A DNA stretch of 64,000 bases from Podarcis cretensis (lineage: Eukaryota): contig OX638164.1 of the NCBI GenBank assembly GCA_951804945.1, positions 7,564,001-7,628,000 on the forward strand, written 5' to 3'. The notes below the pieces were generated by a model. The model saw nothing but the letters and a program-made list of their open reading frames with translations, had not been told where the DNA came from and did no database searches. Every line of letters starts with the position of its first letter. Positions within the stretch are counted from its first letter, which is position 1. The position numbers and the translations under genes are program-made. Shown here in pieces: positions 59,438 to 64,000 of this stretch.

Positions 59438-59574
59438 CAGGCATAGGCAGACTCGGCCCTCCAGATGTTTTGGGACTACAGCTCCCATCGTCCCTAGCTA
59501 ACAGGACCAGTGGTGAGGGGATGATGGGAATTGTAGTCCCAAAACATCTGGAGGGCCGAGTTTGCCTATGCCTG
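59438..59574. mobile_element. Palindromic hAT-type MITE
   Basis: CAGGCATAGGCA...TGCCTATGCCTG with long inverted arms. Confidence 0.85.
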
Positions 59575-60814
59575 CTCTAGCGTATGTGAGAAATGGCGGG
59601 GAATTGTAGTCAAACAAATGGTACTTGCAAGGAAAGGAATTTCTGTATTACACTGGAGTTTGCACCAATTTTTCTTTCCTTACCTCAGTCGATCTCAAAC
59701 ATTGCCAGGCCTTACCCAGAGCTCTTTGAAGTTGGTGGAAAGTATCCCATTGATTTTAGTAGGCCCTGAATTGTCGCTTCAAAGTTCTTGGCATGCTAGA
59801 GCTGATGACTAAACAAGTTTTTTTAAACAAAGCATTCATCCTGATGGAGTTTTTAGGGCACTGAAGATAAATCTTGGTTGTTGCAGCTGAAATGCCCAGT
59901 CATGTTTAGCAGTGCAGATAATGAAGACATTTCCTCCCCTAAAACAGCTACATGAGAATGGAATTTTCAGTGGATCGTAAAGGAATTAGGGATCCAGCAG
60001 CTCACTTCAGTTCATCTTTTGAAGGATTTTCATAAAACAACAAATGTTTTCATTTTTTCCCTTCTGTTGTCTGTGAAAAAGCTTGAAGGGCACGTATTAG
60101 CTATGGGGAAAGCAAGATAAGAAATTTATAGGATCGAATTGTTCATCACATAATAGGTTTTGATTGTCAGAATTTGCTAATCCAAACATAGGTTTATAAA
60201 TAACAATTTGTGGTGAGTAAGAATGGACAGGAGTTGTTATGAATTTTAAGTCACTTACAAGATTTGGCCTATACATGCAGTAGAATGAGAAGGTAGAGAT
60301 CTGAAGTGGTACAGTAGGCTGTGTCACCTCATTGAGTGGCATTTTTGAATGCTAGTTAAAAATAAATAACACTTCAGACAGAAGACTGGCACAACAAGAA
60401 GCAGACTGCAGTAGATCCATCTCCCTGATATTCTTTGGTAGAGGGGGTTATTTGCAGAGAAAGTTTTACTATCAGTACTAAAAGACCTCCCATCTTCCAC
60501 CTGTTGTCTAAAAGTAGTAAGTCCAGTCTACCAGCTCAGAAATCTTTTGCCTCATTCTATTGCATGTGTAGATGAGACACGACTAATAAGATGTGGGCTA
60601 GTAACTTTCATAGGTTTAGGCTGACTAAGAACTAATAAACCTACAAAATAAGTGATAACCTACCAGACTGAAGGAAAATAATTATGTGTGTTGTTGCCCA
60701 GTCTCCTCAGATACTAGAGGCAAGAGTCAGTCATGGATTAGCAGTCTGGAAGAAAGGTTTCTGTATTGCCCTTCCTCATAACTCCTGTTCTTCCCCAATA
60801 ACTTCAAAAAGGGC

Positions 60815-61916
60815 ATGTCTATGATTGGTTACATCATATCCAGGTAAATCAGATGTTTAGTAAAGACTTTAAAGAAAGAGGATATGCAGATAAAGATTCT
60901 AAATTTCAAACGGAGATAATAAATAATGAAGTAAAAACTATATCCAAGATGTATAGAATGCTGTTGGATTGGAATTTAAGTGACGAAGAAGTTAAATCAG
61001 TGATGATCCGTTGGGCAAGGGATGTAGGCCACTGCATACAATTTGAAGATTGGGAAGAGCTCTGGAGAGAGGGATTAAATTTTACAGCGTGTACAACGAT
61101 AAAGGAAAATGTCATGAAGATGTTTTATAGGTGGTACTTAACACCGATAAAATTATCAAAAATGTATAAGACGGACAAGAAGTGCTGGAAGTGTAAAAAA
61201 GAGGAGGGCTCCTTCTACCATATGTGGTGGGAGTGTGGAAGAGTGAAACAATTTTGGGAGAATATATATATTGAAATAAAGAAAATTCTAAAATACACGT
61301 TTAGAAAGAAACCAGAAGTCTTCCTGTTAGGGATGTTAAGGCAAGATATCAAAAAAGAAGATCGTAGGATAGTATATTACGCAGTGGCAGCAGCAAGGGT
61401 AGTATTAGCCCAAAAGTGGAAACAGCAGGTAATACCAACGGTGGAGGAGTGGAGATTTAAACTGCTGGATTACGCAGAGCTGGATAAACTAACAGGGAAA
61501 ATTAGGTATGTAAGAGACCAAGTGTTTATCAAGGATTGGGGAAAGTATGTGGATTACCTGGAATGTATTAGTGAGGGACAAACAACGCTAAAGGGATTTA
61601 GAGACGCACTGTGAAAGACAAAGATTTATTGTTTGAAGCAAATAGGAGATTGAGAAAAGTTTAACGACAATAATAAGTAGAGAAACGTGTGAATTTGATT
61701 ACTACTTCGAAAGATTTATGGACAAGCTGAAGGAAGTCTCGAAAGGGATGTATATGTAAGAATGTCAATGGGCAAATCAAAGTTTATGTATTTTTGTTTA
61801 CTTGTTTTTCTTTCTTTCTTTTGTAGATCTTTTTTATTGTATATGTGTGTTAGTTTTTCTTTGTTTTTCTTTCTTTTTTGTGGAATTAATAAAAAGAATG
61901 ATGAAAAAAAAAAAAA
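60815..61916 (+). mobile_element. Young 5'-truncated L1/Tx1-like LINE in VEZF1 intron 4
   Basis: Uninterrupted ORF2 C-terminus (60853-61614) with CWKCKKEEGSFYHMWWEC knuckle, AATAAA at 61888, poly-A, exact 18-bp TSD AATAACTTCAAAAAGGGC. Confidence 0.92.
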
Positions 61917-63678
61917 AATAACTTCAAAAAGGGCTGCTTCAGAATATATATATTTATTTGTGATACCGTTGCAACAATCCAGTAAGGATCGATTCAGACT
62001 TAGCTAGTGGTCAGCTCCATGGCTTGGCAGGGGGACTTGAAGCAAGTTTTCCCATCTCTAAACTGTAGCCGTACTCACCACATAGGCTCTGTTGCTTTCC
62101 CTCCTTTGCCTGTGTCTCCCCCATTTTTTCACCTTCTCTGTTTGTCCACATACCCCTTTCCACATTGTGAGTGCAAAAGAAGTCTTTTGGTGGAGATAAA
62201 TGGTGTCTTGTGTTAAATTATGCAAAGTTGCTTTACTCACATTCCTCTTAATTGCAGAATTTGGGTTTTTCAAGCAAGAAAATCTGCACCTCCCTGCTTG
62301 TGAGTAGCAATTGTCTAAAATTGATATTGTTAGTGTGTTAGGCTGGAAATGCATGATGCAGTAACTGATAACCTGCCTTTATTAAGATACTAAGTTTTTT
62401 GTTGATACGGGGACTGCTTTGCATGTTAAACTATGACTTAACACAAATGAGCAACCACTGTACAAATCAGAGCTGCGCCCCTCTTCTTTGCTGTGCCGGA
62501 AGGACACAAACCAAGTGTTGGCTTAAGTCTTATGTGCACCCAGGGCCCTTGATTGGTTCCTCTCCAAACAAGTCACAAGAATAATCCAAAGAAGATATTC
62601 CTTGTTCTTATTTGTTTGGAGAGAAACAAGCCACAGTCGCTGATGTCCATGTAACACTAAACTAGTGTTTATATTTGTTTTCTTCTGGCTTTGCAAAAGA
62701 GAGGAGGTGGGACAGGTGCAGTTTGAGCAGCATGCACTAGCACACCTGTTTATTCCTAGTAAGCCATAGTTGCTTAACTCTTGCTTGCCATTATGAATGA
62801 ACCAGGCTACTGAGAGTTGTTGTATCTAACTAAGGCCTACTCAGAGAGGACCCATTGAAATAGGTGCTCCTAAATTAGCCATGTCTATTAACATCATTGG
62901 GTCTACTCTGAGCCCTTGTACAAGCCATGGTGGCATAGGTTTCCAGTTTCCCCCATAAATGATTGCAGCCAATCTGTCCTGCAGTGCAGTCTGTCAATGC
63001 AGCTAGGCCACCTTCCATCCATCTGCTTTATCCACAACTGTGGTCAAGGAACAGCTGCACACACTTGGCCACTCTGTGCACACTTTAGTCAGAAGTGGTC
63101 GTTTTGACACAACTACATTATGGAACTCCCTGTTGGCAGAGACAGCATACCTGCAGTTGCTGCAAGTTCGGAAAGCAGCTGGGTCTCTTCCAGTGGGAAG
63201 GTCTGTTAAAACTCATTTGTTCTTGCTCTTAATCACAAGGACTTAAGCAGGGTAACACCCACTCTGTATAAAGTAGACAGGTCAGTGTCCCTTAAAGAAC
63301 TCCTGATCTAAAATGAACAAATTGGACCCATGAAATGAGAGGCAGTGGGAGGCTATCTTTGTCCCAGTCATTTCAGCAACACACTTAAAGGTGAGGGTTT
63401 GGTCTCCTAGTTCTTCTCCAATTTGCTAAATGGCTGGGTTTGAAGCTTTATACAGCTGTCCTAGCAGAGGTGATGTTGAAAGTGTTAAAATTATTCGCAT
63501 ACAACGGCTTCTGTTCAAAATCATGAAGGGATAGTTTTATGGAAATGCAAATCTTCCAAAACCCAAATCCACTTTCCTCAAGAGTTGCCAAACTTCAACA
63601 AAATTATTCCTTTTGATGAAAACTCTAACATGCATCTGTATATATGTGTCTCTCTTAAAAAATATTTGGCTGGAATAG

Positions 63679-63708
63679 CATGCATGAATGAAGAGAGTAA
63701 CAACCAGA

Positions 63709-63739
<31 letters not shown>

Positions 63740-63831
63740 GCAGCAGCCACAACAGCATGTCACAAACTGGCCTGGAAAACAGGTAGAGACCCTGAGATTA
63801 TGGGAAGAAGCTGTTAAAGCAAGGAAGAAAG
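63679..63831 (+). CDS. VEZF1: VEZF1 coding exon 5 (polyglutamine exon); the gene continues beyond the window
   Basis: Acceptor ggaatag|CA. Reads (T)CMNEESNNQKQ12PQQHVTNWPGKQVETLRLWEEAVKARKK. Donor G|GTAAAA; 153 nt, phase 1-1. Confidence 0.95.
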
Positions 63832-64000
63832 GTAAAAATCTATGCCCTTAGAATGTTGTTAAGTTATGCTATTGGTGATAGATCAAATTCACAATAACAC
63901 CTGTGTCATGGCAGCAGCCACTAGATAATCTGGCATTCCCTCCTGCCATTGCCAATCAGACTCACAATAGGTCCTTACTGCTTAATCACCTCAAGCAATT

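Noticed and set aside
60853-61614. 253-aa ORF as a host gene
   Set aside because: It is a LINE ORF2 C-terminus bounded by a TSD and poly-A.
1-64000. CRISPR array, rRNA, or a prokaryotic/viral system
   Set aside because: No repeat-spacer periodicity, operon structure or viral ORFs; the DNA is intron-containing vertebrate sequence.

Overview
Vertebrate genomic DNA, very probably from a squamate (lacertid-like lizard), judged from Sauria SINEs, Squam3-like SINEs and squamate-type MITEs. The window holds two tandem + strand genes in the same order as human 17q22. SRSF1 is complete: 4 coding exons, 2248-7993, 248 aa inferred, with a conserved 3' UTR carrying AS-NMD splice sites. VEZF1 shows coding exons 1-5 (42535-63831), and its last exon lies beyond the window. 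The ~32 kb between them and the introns are filled with SINEs, LINE fragments (CR1, L2, RTE, RTE-X, L1) and hAT/Tigger-like MITEs, often nested. The most notable observations are: (1) a candidate poison cassette exon with two acceptors in VEZF1 intron 3, which parallels the known SRSF1 AS-NMD switch next door; (2) two N-runs that sit on the most conserved SRSF1 segments, suggesting masking rather than true gaps; (3) the conserved SRSF1 'HISEEMD' alternative C-terminal exon; (4) uORFs and an AT island in the VEZF1 leader; (5) a pair of MITEs carrying TTAGGG; (6) a young sense-strand L1 in VEZF1; (7) a Penelope hammerhead relic. No prokaryote-type systems (CRISPR, rRNA, true tRNA genes) were seen. 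Repeat-family names and comparisons to human come from pattern recognition and recall, not from searches.
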